DNA of 64,000 nt from an uncultured Bacteroidota bacterium (GCA_963733535.1 CAVTDR010000002.1:111775-175774), one strand, 5' to 3'; positions 1-12,976 are shown, numbered from the stretch's first letter. Made by a program: numbers and translations. Notes: generated by a model from the letters alone, not told the origin.

Positions 1-710
1 ATGCCGAGGCCGATCCCACCTTGGATGTTAGCGGCGGAGATGCAGCCCATAAACTCATTATTTTAATGAAATTGGCCTTTGGTATTGATATTACCATGGA
101 ACAATTGCAATATCAGGGCATTGAAAATATATCCAGTACGGATATGGAGTATGCCCGTGAAATCGATGCCCGATTTAAGCTGATTTGTTTTGCACGTCAG
201 GACGGTGATTATGTATATGGAAGTGTTTGTCCGATGATGGTGAAGAATGAAAATATTTTGTCGGGGGTAAACGGTGCTACCAATGCGGTTCGTACCATTA
301 ACAAATATGCCGGAAAGCATATTCTTATTGGTGCTGGGGCAGGATCTTCTGAAACTGCAAGCTCCATTGTTGCTGATATTTTGTTTGTAGCCCGGTTTGG
401 AGAACAGATGAACAATACTTTGCCTACGGCGAATCTTCAGTTCAAGAGTCTTGAGCAATATTCACTGCCCTATGCCATTACCTTTGAAACAGAAGACCGG
501 CCGGGGATAACGGGTCTTGTAACTACAGAAATCGGGAAGCAGAATGTAAACATTTATACGGTAACCCATAACCGGCATGTATCGGATAAGGCTTTGTTTT
601 CAATTGAAACACAATCCTGCACCCTGGGACAGATTCAGGCAGCGATTACTGAAATAAAAACCAAAGGGGTGCTAAAATCCGATCCCAAGGTATATCCGAT
701 TTTGTATTAA
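1..710 (+). CDS. hom: Homoserine dehydrogenase, C-terminal part with ACT-like tail (5' end outside window)
   Basis: The reading frame is open from the window edge. It contains the LDVSGGDAAHKLIIL motif typical of Hom, followed by an ACT-like regulatory segment (ITFETEDRPGITG). Confidence 0.8.
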   Translation, partial: AEADPTLDVSGGDAAHKLIILMKLAFGIDITMEQLQYQGIENISSTDMEYAREIDARFKLICFARQDGDYVYGSVCPMMVKNENILSGVNGATNAVRTINKYAGKHILIGAGAGSSETASSIVADILFVARFGEQMNNTLPTANLQFKSLEQYSLPYAITFETEDRPGITGLVTTEIGKQNVNIYTVTHNRHVSDKALFSIETQSCTLGQIQAAITEIKTKGVLKSDPKVYPILY

Positions 711-781
711 GCATTGACGGGAACATCAGCGATTTTGGATTGACCAAAACGAATACAGCATATAATTTCTGAAATGAATAT

Positions 782-2869
782 ATGAAGCGCATTATAAATC
801 TAATTTTATCTTTTGCGATTCTTTCAGTTTTCACTGCAAAATCGCAGAATATAAGCCGGTTTTTCCCCGAAAAGGATTTGGTAACAACCGGAATATATTA
901 CTATCCCGAACATTGGGACGAAAACCAATGGGAACGTGACATTAAAAAAATAGCTGATATGGGATTTGAGTTTGTCCATTTGGCTGAGTTTGCATGGTAT
1001 AAAATGGAACCCGAAGAGGGTAAATTCGATTTCGTATGGCTGGATAAGGTCGTAAACCTTTGCGTCAAGTATCATTTAAAGGTTCTGATGTGCACACCTT
1101 CGGCCACAACACCTACATGGATGCGCTTGAATTATCCTGAGACTTTCATTATGGACGGCCATTATATAAGGGCAGAGAACGGGACGCGCGGTCTGGAATC
1201 AATCGTTAACCAAAAATACCGCTCGTTTGTGGAAAAAGTCGTAACTGAAATGGCCACACGTTATGGAAATAACGAGCATGTAATGGGCTGGCAGATCGAC
1301 AATGAACCTCCTGCTTTACCTGACTACAGTCCTGCTTCGCAAGAGGCATTCAGGCTTTGGCTGAAAAATAAATATAAAACAATAGAAGCTTTGAATACAG
1401 CATGGGGAACAGCATTCTGGAGTCAGTGGTTCAGTAGTTTTGAACAGATTATCATTCCGAATACAAATTTAGTAGGCTGGTCGGGTAATAACCCACATGC
1501 TTTACTCGATTTTAAGCGATATACAGCGGATTCCCAAGCGGATTTTTTGGATTTTCAGGCAATTACACTACGTAACTTTATTTCGAAAAACCAGTTTATT
1601 ACCACCAATTATACTGCAGTTTGCACAGGTTCCGATCCAAGGCGTACAAAAAAGCTTGATTTTGCAACTTATACTGCCTACCCAAATGGAGGCAGCGATA
1701 ATATTGGCGAAAATGGCTTCAGACTGGGGAACAGCGATGTGATCCTTTTTGCTTCAGAATATTTCAAATCTGTGGGCGGGGAAAGCGGAGTAATGGAATT
1801 GCAACCCGGTCCCGTTAACTGGGGGTGGTACAATCCACTTCTTCTGCCAGGTACGGTGCGTATGTGGCTTTATCACAGTTTTGCTGCAGGAGGAAAATTG
1901 GCTTGTTCCTATCGTTTCCGCCAAATCCCTTATAGCGCAGAGCAATATCACTCGGGTATTGTTCAAACCGATGGAGTAACTGCTTCTCCCGGCGGCGAAG
2001 AATATATGCAGTTCATGAAAGAAATAAGGGAGCTTAGGATTCAGGCCAAATCTGAAGCCAAAATGCCTGAAAAACTCGAATCCCGAACAACTGCTATTAT
2101 CTGGAACCTTGAAAACTACTGGAGCATTGACAGGCAAAAACAAACGTACCAATGGGATACCTGGAATTACCCGATTAAGTTTATGCAAATAGCCCGGTCA
2201 TTGGGAGCTCCTGTGGATGTTATCGCGGAGACAGCCGATTTATCGAGATATAAATTTATCATCGTCCCGGCTTATGAGTTGAGTGACTCTGACCTGGTGC
2301 AGAAATGGAACGATTATGTTATTGCCGGCGGCCATTTGGTAATAACCTGCCGTACATCAACAAAAGATCGTGCAGGTCATTTTTGGGAAAGCGAATGGGC
2401 TGCACCCATTTCTGGTCTTATTGGGGCACATGTTAAGGCCACTGATATGCTATCGGACCACGTCAATGGAGGTATTGTGATGAACAATTCCCAATACTAC
2501 TGGAACAACTGGGCCGATTTGCTTGTGCCAGATAAAGGAACAGATGTATTGGCAACTTACAACAATCAGTTTTACAAAGGACATGCTGCGGTTGTCAAAC
2601 ACAATATAGGAAAAGGTACCGTAACCTATATTGGTGTTGTTACAGATGATTCGAAGCTTGAAAAAGACATTTTAAGGGATATTTATAAAAGCTCAGGCGC
2701 TACTATTGAAAATTACCCTCAAGGCGTTTTTGTATACTGGCGCAACGGTTTTTATATTGCGGTGAACTATTCTTCTGATAGTTATAAATTGAATTTGCCT
2801 GAAACAGCTAAAATCATTATTGGAGAAAGTACGCTGCCACCTGCCGGTGTTCTGGTCTGGAGCGAGTAA
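782..2869 (+). CDS. GH42-family beta-galactosidase with signal peptide
   Basis: 695 aa with an N-terminal hydrophobic signal. Contains YYYPEHWDENQWERDI...LAEFAWYKMEPEEGKFDF and a GWQIDNEP acid/base-type motif. Confidence 0.8.
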   Translation: MKRIINLILSFAILSVFTAKSQNISRFFPEKDLVTTGIYYYPEHWDENQWERDIKKIADMGFEFVHLAEFAWYKMEPEEGKFDFVWLDKVVNLCVKYHLKVLMCTPSATTPTWMRLNYPETFIMDGHYIRAENGTRGLESIVNQKYRSFVEKVVTEMATRYGNNEHVMGWQIDNEPPALPDYSPASQEAFRLWLKNKYKTIEALNTAWGTAFWSQWFSSFEQIIIPNTNLVGWSGNNPHALLDFKRYTADSQADFLDFQAITLRNFISKNQFITTNYTAVCTGSDPRRTKKLDFATYTAYPNGGSDNIGENGFRLGNSDVILFASEYFKSVGGESGVMELQPGPVNWGWYNPLLLPGTVRMWLYHSFAAGGKLACSYRFRQIPYSAEQYHSGIVQTDGVTASPGGEEYMQFMKEIRELRIQAKSEAKMPEKLESRTTAIIWNLENYWSIDRQKQTYQWDTWNYPIKFMQIARSLGAPVDVIAETADLSRYKFIIVPAYELSDSDLVQKWNDYVIAGGHLVITCRTSTKDRAGHFWESEWAAPISGLIGAHVKATDMLSDHVNGGIVMNNSQYYWNNWADLLVPDKGTDVLATYNNQFYKGHAAVVKHNIGKGTVTYIGVVTDDSKLEKDILRDIYKSSGATIENYPQGVFVYWRNGFYIAVNYSSDSYKLNLPETAKIIIGESTLPPAGVLVWSE

Positions 2870-2972
2870 ACAGGGAGGGCAGACCTGTATGCAGGAAGCC
2901 TTGATTGATAATTATGAGAATAATGACTGGCTTTATTTGCGGACGTTAGTAATTTGCAGACACTTTTATGAT

Positions 2973-3620
2973 ATGGCAGAAAATAAAAATAGGACATTTG
3001 AACAGATCCTCAAATCGAGATGTTCCACAAGAAGCTTCTCAAAAGACACTATACCCAGAGAATACGTTAATGAAATCATGCAGGCGGGCATTTTGGCTCC
3101 TTATGCGAATCCGAACGGACTAACTTATAATGAAATCAGGAAGGTTTTTATTTTTAAACAGAACACTGATTCCATGACGTTGGCAAGGGATATTTTATCC
3201 TCGCAGATTAAAAGGTATACATGGATGATTCAAACTATTTCAAAAGTCTTTCCTTTTCAGAGGAAGAAATTTCAGCATTTTGCTGCTAAATTAAACGCAA
3301 ATTCGCGGATATCCGCACTTTACGACGCTCCCTATTTTATAGTGGTTGCAGAAAAATTAGGATTCCCTGCCAATCAAAAACAATCGATAGGTCATTGTCT
3401 GCAGAATATGTGGCTGGCAGCCACGAATCTGGGATTGGGGTTTCAAATGGTTTTTATGACAGCAGCCTTGTCCAAAAACAAGCCATTTATGAAGCTTCTC
3501 AACCTAAAAAAAGGAGCATATGCTATTGATGGGTGTGTTATAGGCTATCCATTAAAAAATACCAACAACAGAAAAGAACATAAAGTCGAAGCGTTTGTTA
3601 CTTGGATAGATTCGTTCTGA
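2973..3620 (+). CDS. Nitroreductase-family protein
   Basis: The internal ATG at 2973 gives MAENKNRTFEQILKSRCSTRSF, a typical nitroreductase N-terminus. The upstream part of the 2820 ORF overlaps the GH42 gene. Confidence 0.7.
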   Translation: MAENKNRTFEQILKSRCSTRSFSKDTIPREYVNEIMQAGILAPYANPNGLTYNEIRKVFIFKQNTDSMTLARDILSSQIKRYTWMIQTISKVFPFQRKKFQHFAAKLNANSRISALYDAPYFIVVAEKLGFPANQKQSIGHCLQNMWLAATNLGLGFQMVFMTAALSKNKPFMKLLNLKKGAYAIDGCVIGYPLKNTNNRKEHKVEAFVTWIDSF

Positions 3621-3832
3621 TTTTTGAAGGAATTACTTTTTTTATGTTGTTTTATGGATAAATCAAAGATTTTATAAGATTCTTAAAAAACCCATACACC
3701 TCTATTCCAGGGTGATTGAGAGAAGTAAAAAACTTTAATGAAAAATAAAAAAACGAGATAAAAACATAATTTCAAGATTATCAGAATAATTATCATACCT
3801 TTGAGCTATTAAATATTTTATTAAACAACATT

Positions 3833-4024
3833 ATGAACAACGGAACAGTTAAATTTTTCAATGAATCGAAAGGTTTTGGATTCATTAAAGATGCAAATTC
3901 ATCAAAAGAGTATTTTGTACATTCTTCAGGATTAAAAGAAAATATCCGCGAGAATGATGAAGTTACATTTGATTTAGAAGAAGGAAAAAAAGGATTGAAT
4001 GCAGTAAATGTTAAACTTGCATAG
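3833..4024 (+). CDS. Cold-shock protein (CspA family)
   Basis: 63 aa with GTVKFFNESKGFGFI (RNP1-like) and a long AT-rich 5' leader. Confidence 0.9.
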   Translation: MNNGTVKFFNESKGFGFIKDANSSKEYFVHSSGLKENIRENDEVTFDLEEGKKGLNAVNVKLA

Positions 4025-4052
4025 TTTAAGATATATCAACCTTTAAATTTTA

Positions 4053-4081
4053 ATGTCCCGTATTTTACGGGACATTTTTTT
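4053..4081 (+). terminator. Intrinsic terminator after csp
   Basis: ATGTCCCGTA-tttt-TACGGGACAT hairpin followed by a T-run. Confidence 0.8.
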
Positions 4082-4156
4082 TGCTCCAAAGCGGAATCTT
4101 TTCTTCAGAAATATGCCACCCACCCGTATATCTGAAATTCAATCAGGCTATAGTTG

Positions 4157-4211
4157 AGACGCACGGCGTGCGTCTTTAATGAACATTTTTTTAGACGCAC
4201 GCCGTGCGTCT
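4157..4211. repeat. Two inverted copies of the REP-like palindrome AGACGCACG..CGTGCGTCT
   Basis: AGACGCACGGCGTGCGTCT lies at 4157-4175 and its complement-loop version at 4193-4211. The same stem recurs at 11673, 12946 and 16651, with a variant at 26444. Confidence 0.85.
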
Positions 4212-4337
4212 CTACGATCTAAATTTAACCATACAATATCTAAAACCAAGATGATTTGTGGTTAAACAAATTTTATTACTTTCACATTCAAGCGTTATAA
4301 AATAAATCCATCATTATAAATACCAAGATTATTTCAC

Positions 4338-5189
4338 ATGAAGTACATTGCTTTTTTTGCATTTGTCTATCTTTCATCTCTTTCCGTAAGTTTTTGTCAG
4401 CAACTCAGTGGTACCATCCCCTCAATTGATGATTTCAAAACCGAACCGGTAAGCGTGGGAATTTCATTCAAATTTCACTCAAAAATTCTGAATGAAGATC
4501 GCATTGTTATGATATGCCTTCCTGATGATTATGATACAACCAGCAACCATTATCCGGTTCTTTATATGCCCGACGGGCAATGGCATTTTACACACACTAC
4601 CCAGGCAGTAGGCGGACTTTCAGGTAATAAAAAAATACCTAAAATGATTATTGTTGCTGTACAAACCCTGGATCACCGGTCCAGAGATCTTGCAGCCAGC
4701 AAAGATTCTTCAGGCAAACTGGGCGGTGGCGCTGATGTGTTTTTAAGTTTCATGAAAAAAGAACTGATTCCCTTTATTGAAAAAAATTACAGAACCTATC
4801 CGTATCGGATGCTGTCGGGGAGTTCTTTCGGTGGAATATTTACCATGCATGCCTTTTTTGATGATCCGGATTATTTTAAGGCTTATCTGGCCTATAGTCC
4901 CAGTATGTGGTGGGAGAATAAATACTACATTAAGAAGATGGATGAGCTATTGTCTGTAAGAAAAGATTTGAATACCTGTTTCTATATTAATGTTGCCAAT
5001 GAAGGCAAAGGAATGGGTGTAAACGAATTGGCCCAGGTTTTTGCCGATAAAGCGCCTAAAAATTTTAAGTGGAAATTCGAAGAGTTCCCCGACGAAATTC
5101 ATGAAACTACAGCTTATAAGGCAACGTTTAACGGCATGAAGTTTATCTTTTCGGATTGGAAACCCGGAAAATTGAATTTTTCGAAATAA
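4338..5189 (+). CDS. Secreted alpha/beta-hydrolase (putative esterase family)
   Basis: Signal peptide plus a GSSFGG nucleophile elbow. The overall layout resembles PF00756-type esterases. Confidence 0.6.
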   Translation: MKYIAFFAFVYLSSLSVSFCQQLSGTIPSIDDFKTEPVSVGISFKFHSKILNEDRIVMICLPDDYDTTSNHYPVLYMPDGQWHFTHTTQAVGGLSGNKKIPKMIIVAVQTLDHRSRDLAASKDSSGKLGGGADVFLSFMKKELIPFIEKNYRTYPYRMLSGSSFGGIFTMHAFFDDPDYFKAYLAYSPSMWWENKYYIKKMDELLSVRKDLNTCFYINVANEGKGMGVNELAQVFADKAPKNFKWKFEEFPDEIHETTAYKATFNGMKFIFSDWKPGKLNFSK

Positions 5190-5220
5190 ATAAAACAAAG
5201 AACCATATAACATACATTCC

Positions 5221-6390
5221 ATGAACTCAAATACTACAGGCAGGCTTCAGGTTGTTGATGCCCTCAGGGGATTTGTAATAATTTCTATTATGCTGTTGCA
5301 TAATATTGAACACTTTGACTTTGCGTATTTACCTGAAAACCTTCCGATATGGATGGTAAAGCTTGACAAGGGTATCATGGATACGATGTTTTTTCTTTTC
5401 GGAGGAAAATCCTATGCTATTTTTGCCTTACTCTTCGGATTAACCTTTTTCATACAATCGAATAACGAAGAGAAAAAAGGAAAAGATTTCAGAGCACGGT
5501 TTGCCTGGAGAATGGTGTTATTATTATGTTTTGCATTTATCAATTCTGCTTTCTACCAGGGTGACATCCTTTCTATTTATGCAGTATTGGCGTTTTGTTT
5601 AATTCCTGTTGCTAAGCTCTGCAATAAAGTAGTTTTTTTCATTGCACTGTTCTTTCTCATTCTTCCGAATGAATGGATCAATCTTTTTGCAGCCATTCAA
5701 AATCCGGATATGGTGATCAGCGATCCAGCCTCATGGGCATATTTTGGCAAAACAGCTGAGCATTTTACCAAAGGCTCATTGATTAATACAATTATCGGTA
5801 ACCTGACAATTGGCAAAACTGCAGTTGTACTTTGGTCCTGGGAGATGGGAAGAGTAATGCAGACGATCGCATTATTTATGCTGGGTATGCTTGCTGGTCG
5901 AAAATATCTGTTTGTACCCTCTGAGGACAGCAAACGCTTTTGGATGAGAACGATTATTATAGCCCCAATAGCATTTATAGTTTTATTTACCTTAAAGAAC
6001 AACGTGGATAATTGGATTACCAGCCCTGCCATTCAAAGACCACTCACCACAATGCTGAGTTCATGGGCCAACTTTTCATTTATGTTGGTATGGCTTTCCG
6101 GTTTCACGCTTTTATTTCAGACGGATGCCTTTTACCGGATTCTGAATATATTCTCTCCGTTAGGTCGGATGAGTTTATCCAATTACATGATGCAATCCAT
6201 TATAGGAGCGATTATTTATTATGGTTTTGGTTTCGGTTTATATCAGTACACAGGAGCAACTTATTGTCTGTTAATTGGCATTACTCTCGCTGTTCTGCAA
6301 TGGCATTTCAGCAACTGGTGGATGAAAAACCACAAACAGGGACCCATGGAAACCATCTGGCACAAAGGGACATGGATTAATCGCAAATAA
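5221..6390 (+). CDS. DUF418/YeiB-like multi-pass membrane protein
   Basis: 389 aa and highly hydrophobic. The N-terminal R..VVDALRGFVIISIML motif is typical of this family. Confidence 0.6.
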   Translation: MNSNTTGRLQVVDALRGFVIISIMLLHNIEHFDFAYLPENLPIWMVKLDKGIMDTMFFLFGGKSYAIFALLFGLTFFIQSNNEEKKGKDFRARFAWRMVLLLCFAFINSAFYQGDILSIYAVLAFCLIPVAKLCNKVVFFIALFFLILPNEWINLFAAIQNPDMVISDPASWAYFGKTAEHFTKGSLINTIIGNLTIGKTAVVLWSWEMGRVMQTIALFMLGMLAGRKYLFVPSEDSKRFWMRTIIIAPIAFIVLFTLKNNVDNWITSPAIQRPLTTMLSSWANFSFMLVWLSGFTLLFQTDAFYRILNIFSPLGRMSLSNYMMQSIIGAIIYYGFGFGLYQYTGATYCLLIGITLAVLQWHFSNWWMKNHKQGPMETIWHKGTWINRK

Positions 6391-6413
6391 TTTTATATGG
6401 GATGGTTTTCCTT

Positions 6414-7409
6414 TCAGGTAAAAACAACCAGGGAAAACCATCGGTTTTTATCCGTATAAATATGTTCAATGTTTAAACAGCTGATTGAAGCAAAAGCTTT
6501 AATATCTGCAAAGGTGTATTTGTGGGAATTCTCTGTATGAATGGTTTCGCCCTTTCTTATTGAAATTGCTCCAGGGAATAGCTCACTTTTTACTTTCATG
6601 TCTTCAGTTGCCTTTAAATGCATTTCGATACGGGCCTTTCCTGTATGGTAGAATGCATCATGCTTAAATAATCGCATATTGAAATTGGTTTTGGCATATG
6701 TGTTCACTACATTAAGGATATTCTTATTAAACCGGGCAGTGATTCCTTTTTGATCGTTATATGCTGCATTGAGGATATCAATGTCCTTTACCATATCCAA
6801 ACCAAGAAGTAACCTGTCTCCAGGTTTCATAAGGGCTTTTATTTCTGTTAAAAATTGAATGGCTTGCTTTCGGGTAAGATTACCCAGGGTACTTCCAAAG
6901 AAACATATCATGCGGTTTCCATCACCAGGAAGCACAGTCAGATGTTTCATAAAATCGGCCAGGAATCCATGTATTTTTAATCCGGGATATTTAGCTGTAA
7001 GCGTGCTGGCCGATTTCATGATGGCAGCCTCACTAACGTCCATAGGAATGTAAGTGATTTTATTCCATTCTTTTTCCGGGACCGTATCTAAAAGTATCGA
7101 TATTTTCGAGCAATCTCCGCTTCCCAATTCAATGATGTCAATCTGTTCTGAAGAGCAGATCATTTCCGTTGCATTGGACCTTAATATAGCTTTTTCTGTA
7201 CGGGTGGGGTAGTATTCCTGAAGTTCCGTGATTTTTTCAAACAGCAGGGAACCCAAGTCGTCATAAAAGAACCGACTTGAAATGTATTTTTGTTTTGCGG
7301 TAAGACCTTTGTAGATCTCTGTAATAACTTCAGCTTTGCTTTCTCTGGTAAGGTAATTACGGATGGCAAACTGGTTTTTATTTGGTATCTGAACTTCCAA
7401 AAAATCCAT
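6414..7409 (-). CDS. eanA: Histidine N-alpha-methyltransferase (EgtD/EanA-type)
   Basis: Contains FFYDDLGSLLFEKITELQEYYPTRTEKAIL and a SAM-binding IIELGSGD motif. It lies 20 nt downstream of the rhodanese-type gene on the same strand. Confidence 0.8.
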   Translation of the reverse strand: MDFLEVQIPNKNQFAIRNYLTRESKAEVITEIYKGLTAKQKYISSRFFYDDLGSLLFEKITELQEYYPTRTEKAILRSNATEMICSSEQIDIIELGSGDCSKISILLDTVPEKEWNKITYIPMDVSEAAIMKSASTLTAKYPGLKIHGFLADFMKHLTVLPGDGNRMICFFGSTLGNLTRKQAIQFLTEIKALMKPGDRLLLGLDMVKDIDILNAAYNDQKGITARFNKNILNVVNTYAKTNFNMRLFKHDAFYHTGKARIEMHLKATEDMKVKSELFPGAISIRKGETIHTENSHKYTFADIKAFASISCLNIEHIYTDKNRWFSLVVFT

Positions 7410-7429
7410 AATTTATCATTTAAAATGAA

Positions 7430-8737
7430 TTAATGCAGCACATTTGCCTTTTCTGGTACTCCGGTTTCAAAAGGATTACTTGGGTCGGCACTCCATTCGA
7501 ACCAGCCTCCATCATAAACCGATACTCTGGGCCACCCCATAAGCCAGGCATTAAACCATGCTTCACTGCCACGCCATCCTGTACCACAATAAAACGCAAG
7601 ATGCTTATCGGGGGTAATACCATTATTCATCCAGATTTGCGCTATTTCCTGAAATTCACGGGTAGTATGATCCACATTTCTGTAGTTTTCCATATGATAT
7701 GCATCAGTGCCACAATCAGCAAAAACAGAACCCGGAATGCGGCCCTTTGCCTCAATATAATTGTATCCGCTCACTTCACCAATATATTCAGCCCAACTCC
7801 TGACACAAACGAGTTCGGCATCCGGAGATGCTAGTATATGTTTGGCATCGGGTGTGTCTACTACCAATTCGGGATGTGCCGGTATAATCCTTCCAAATTC
7901 GGCTACCGGTTTTTTGGGTTCATCGGAATAAGAAATATCAAAGCCCTCATCCAGCCATGATTGAAATCCACCGTTTAAAACTCTTACATCTCTTACCCCG
8001 GCATAGATCATAATAAAAGCATTGCGAATAGCACCTATATCTCCGGCTGCACTGCCCGGGAATTCATCTGCATTATCAGGAAACATATATTTACCATATA
8101 AAACTATCGTAGTATCCGCTGTAATTCCATGGTTTTCAAGAGCATCTTTTAGCTCCTGGGGCGATCGCCTGTTCCATGTTTCAGGCGCTTCAAGAGCAAG
8201 GGTATCCATATCAATCGCGCCGGGAATATGCCCGGTCAGATAAGCTTCCCTATTTCTGTAATGTGCATGGACAATGACAAACTTATTATTATGATATTCC
8301 AATGGATGCCTTCCTTGAATAAGGTCGTTTACCCAGGAGGCAGAAACCAAATGGTTGTATCGTTCGAGCTTGTTTAGAGGAAGCGCTTTATTGGGCAACC
8401 ATTCCGTTACGAAGCCTGTGTATATTTGAATTTTCGTATATCCTGAATTCTGAAATCTTGAAGCAACACTTTCGATATCTGCGCTGCTATTGCCATATAT
8501 AATAATCGTATGTTCCGGCAAAATGCCTTTATGCCGGACTATTTCAATCCAGTCGACATACTTAAGCCATTTTACCGGAATACTTTTTGCATGTGGAATG
8601 TGACCACCGCGCGGTTCGTTATTCATTCGCCAGCCATTGTAAGCATCTGTCTGTCTCACGTCAATTATATGGTAACCAGGTTTATCATAAATATTTAACA
8701 ATTCCCGGGTTGAAATTTGTTTTATATGATCGGCCAT
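7430..8737 (-). CDS. eanB: Multi-rhodanese sulfurtransferase, EanB-type ergothioneine synthase
   Basis: 435 aa with HAHYRNREAYLTGHIPGA, PDNADEFPGSAAG and the C-terminal active-site loop FYCGTGWRGSEAW. Paired with the EgtD-like gene. Confidence 0.75.
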   Translation of the reverse strand: MADHIKQISTRELLNIYDKPGYHIIDVRQTDAYNGWRMNNEPRGGHIPHAKSIPVKWLKYVDWIEIVRHKGILPEHTIIIYGNSSADIESVASRFQNSGYTKIQIYTGFVTEWLPNKALPLNKLERYNHLVSASWVNDLIQGRHPLEYHNNKFVIVHAHYRNREAYLTGHIPGAIDMDTLALEAPETWNRRSPQELKDALENHGITADTTIVLYGKYMFPDNADEFPGSAAGDIGAIRNAFIMIYAGVRDVRVLNGGFQSWLDEGFDISYSDEPKKPVAEFGRIIPAHPELVVDTPDAKHILASPDAELVCVRSWAEYIGEVSGYNYIEAKGRIPGSVFADCGTDAYHMENYRNVDHTTREFQEIAQIWMNNGITPDKHLAFYCGTGWRGSEAWFNAWLMGWPRVSVYDGGWFEWSADPSNPFETGVPEKANVLH

Positions 8738-8932
8738 AGATTTCTTTTAATCGTTTCCTATTCGCTGTGTTTTATTTAAAACAGTTTTTGAAATCAAATG
8801 TTAAATATTATATGTGAATCATAAATTGAATGAAATAATCAAATCCTATTTCAGGAATAAAGAGATTCCTGGAATTGCGGTGGAAGACATAAAACTCCAG
8901 ATTATTGGAAAAACGAAAAATTAAAAACCGTT

Positions 8933-9337
8933 TTGGATAAAATGAATGTATTGAAGTTTATATACTTGTTATTTGGTACAATCTCATTGGGAATTGGGCT
9001 TATAGGAATTGTTGTACCCGGCTTGCCCACTACGGTGTTTTTTCTTCTGACAGCCGGATTGTATATGAAGAGTTCTGAAAAATGGTACCAAAAATTCATG
9101 GCCATTCCCTATGTAGGTTCCTCCATTTTAAAATATCAATCCAACAGAGGAATGACCCGCAAAGCCAAACTATCTGCAATTGCTACCATGTGGCTTATGA
9201 TTATCCTATCCGCCATTTTCTTCATTGCATCGCTTGAAGTAAAACTCATTGTATTATCCTTGGGATTTATAGGAACTATAGTAATAGGACTCTTCGTACC
9301 CACAGCCAAACCAGCAACTCACAATGAATCTGTATAG
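8933..9337 (+). CDS. DUF454/YbaN-family inner-membrane protein
   Basis: GIVVPGLPTTVFFLLTAGLYMKSS motif. The 134-aa protein has 3-4 TM segments. Confidence 0.65.
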   Translation: MDKMNVLKFIYLLFGTISLGIGLIGIVVPGLPTTVFFLLTAGLYMKSSEKWYQKFMAIPYVGSSILKYQSNRGMTRKAKLSAIATMWLMIILSAIFFIASLEVKLIVLSLGFIGTIVIGLFVPTAKPATHNESV

Positions 9338-9371
9338 TTATTTATCAATATTGCTAAAATCAAACTGTTAA

Positions 9372-11660
<2,289 letters not shown>

Positions 11661-11672
11661 AATCAGCATTGC

Positions 11673-11704
11673 AGAGACGCACGGATCGTGCGTCTCTTTT
11701 TTTT
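11673..11704 (+). terminator. REP-like hairpin terminator after katG
   Basis: AGAGACGCACGgatCGTGCGTCTCT followed by T8. Confidence 0.8.
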
Positions 11705-11804
11705 AACCGAAACAAAAAAGGTTTATATAGTGTTAATTTATGTAAATTCGATAAAAAGGAGTCCAGTTTCCAAACCTTAGAATTCACTTTAAAAAACAAA
11801 TAGT

Positions 11805-12929
11805 ATGAAAAGACGACATTTTATAGGCAGTCTTGTAACTACCGCAGGAGGATTGGTCTTTTTCTCAGGTTTACCATCCATATTAAAAGCAGCTGCAGCC
11901 CAAAAGGATAAGGGTAAATTAGGCATTGCACTGGTTGGCCTTGGAAGTTATTCTTCAGGACAATTAGCACCAGCCCTTCAGCAAACAGCACATTGTTATT
12001 TGGCAGGAATTGTAACAGGCACTCCGGAGAAGGAACAGCAATGGGCTAAAAAGTATAATATACCCGCAGCTAACATCTATAATTATGAGAATTTTGATCG
12101 GATCGCTGACAATAAAGATATTGATATTGTCTATGTAGTTCTTTCCAACAGCATGCATGCTGAATATACCATACGGGCTGCCCAGGCTGGTAAGCATGTC
12201 ATATGCGAAAAGCCCATGGCCAATAATGTGGAAGATTGTATGAAAATGATCAATGCATGTAATAAGGCCGGTAAAAAACTATCCATTGGTTACAGGTTGT
12301 ATTTCGATCCTTTTCACAAAAAAATGATGGAATTGGGACAACATAAGGTTTATGGGGAAATTAACCAATTGTCAAGTGGATTTGCATTTCATTTGAGAGA
12401 TCCCAAAGCCTGGAGAATCAATAAAGAATTAGCCGGAGGTGGACCATTGGTCGATTTAGGAATCTATAGTATTGAGGGCTCTATTTATACAGCAGGTGAG
12501 CTTCCTTTGAGTGTAACTGCAAAGGATATTACCAAAAACAAAGACTTTTTCAAACAGGTAGAAGGTTCATTGGAATGGGAAATGCAGTTCCCTTCCGGAT
12601 ACTCTTCTAAATGTTATACAAGTTATGAAGATCAGACTAATTATCTTAAAGCAGTAGCAGAAAAAGGCACATTTGAGCTATCTCAGGCTTTTAACTATGG
12701 AGGAATCCAGGGAAAGACTCCCGAAGGTGCCATGAATTTGACAGCCGTTAACCAGCAAGCCCTTCAAATGGATGATTTTGCGCTTTGTGTGAAACAGGAT
12801 AAGGCAACTAAAGTGCCGGGAGAATTAGGTATGCGCGATGTTTATCTGATCAGGAAGGTTTACGAAGCGGCTGAAACAGGTAACCGCGTTATGTTAAACA
12901 ATATGCCTGATTTTTTACCAAAAGTATAG
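11805..12929 (+). CDS. Gfo/Idh/MocA-family oxidoreductase with Tat signal
   Basis: KRRHFIG twin-arginine N-terminus, the GIALVGLGSYS Rossmann motif and an EKPMA motif. Confidence 0.8.
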   Translation: MKRRHFIGSLVTTAGGLVFFSGLPSILKAAAAQKDKGKLGIALVGLGSYSSGQLAPALQQTAHCYLAGIVTGTPEKEQQWAKKYNIPAANIYNYENFDRIADNKDIDIVYVVLSNSMHAEYTIRAAQAGKHVICEKPMANNVEDCMKMINACNKAGKKLSIGYRLYFDPFHKKMMELGQHKVYGEINQLSSGFAFHLRDPKAWRINKELAGGGPLVDLGIYSIEGSIYTAGELPLSVTAKDITKNKDFFKQVEGSLEWEMQFPSGYSSKCYTSYEDQTNYLKAVAEKGTFELSQAFNYGGIQGKTPEGAMNLTAVNQQALQMDDFALCVKQDKATKVPGELGMRDVYLIRKVYEAAETGNRVMLNNMPDFLPKV

Positions 12930-12945
12930 TTCAAAAATGATTTTT

Positions 12946-12976
12946 AGAGACGCACAACCGTGCGTCTCTTTTTTTG
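12946..12976 (+). terminator. REP-like hairpin terminator
   Basis: AGAGACGCACaaccGTGCGTCTCT followed by a T-run. Confidence 0.8.
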
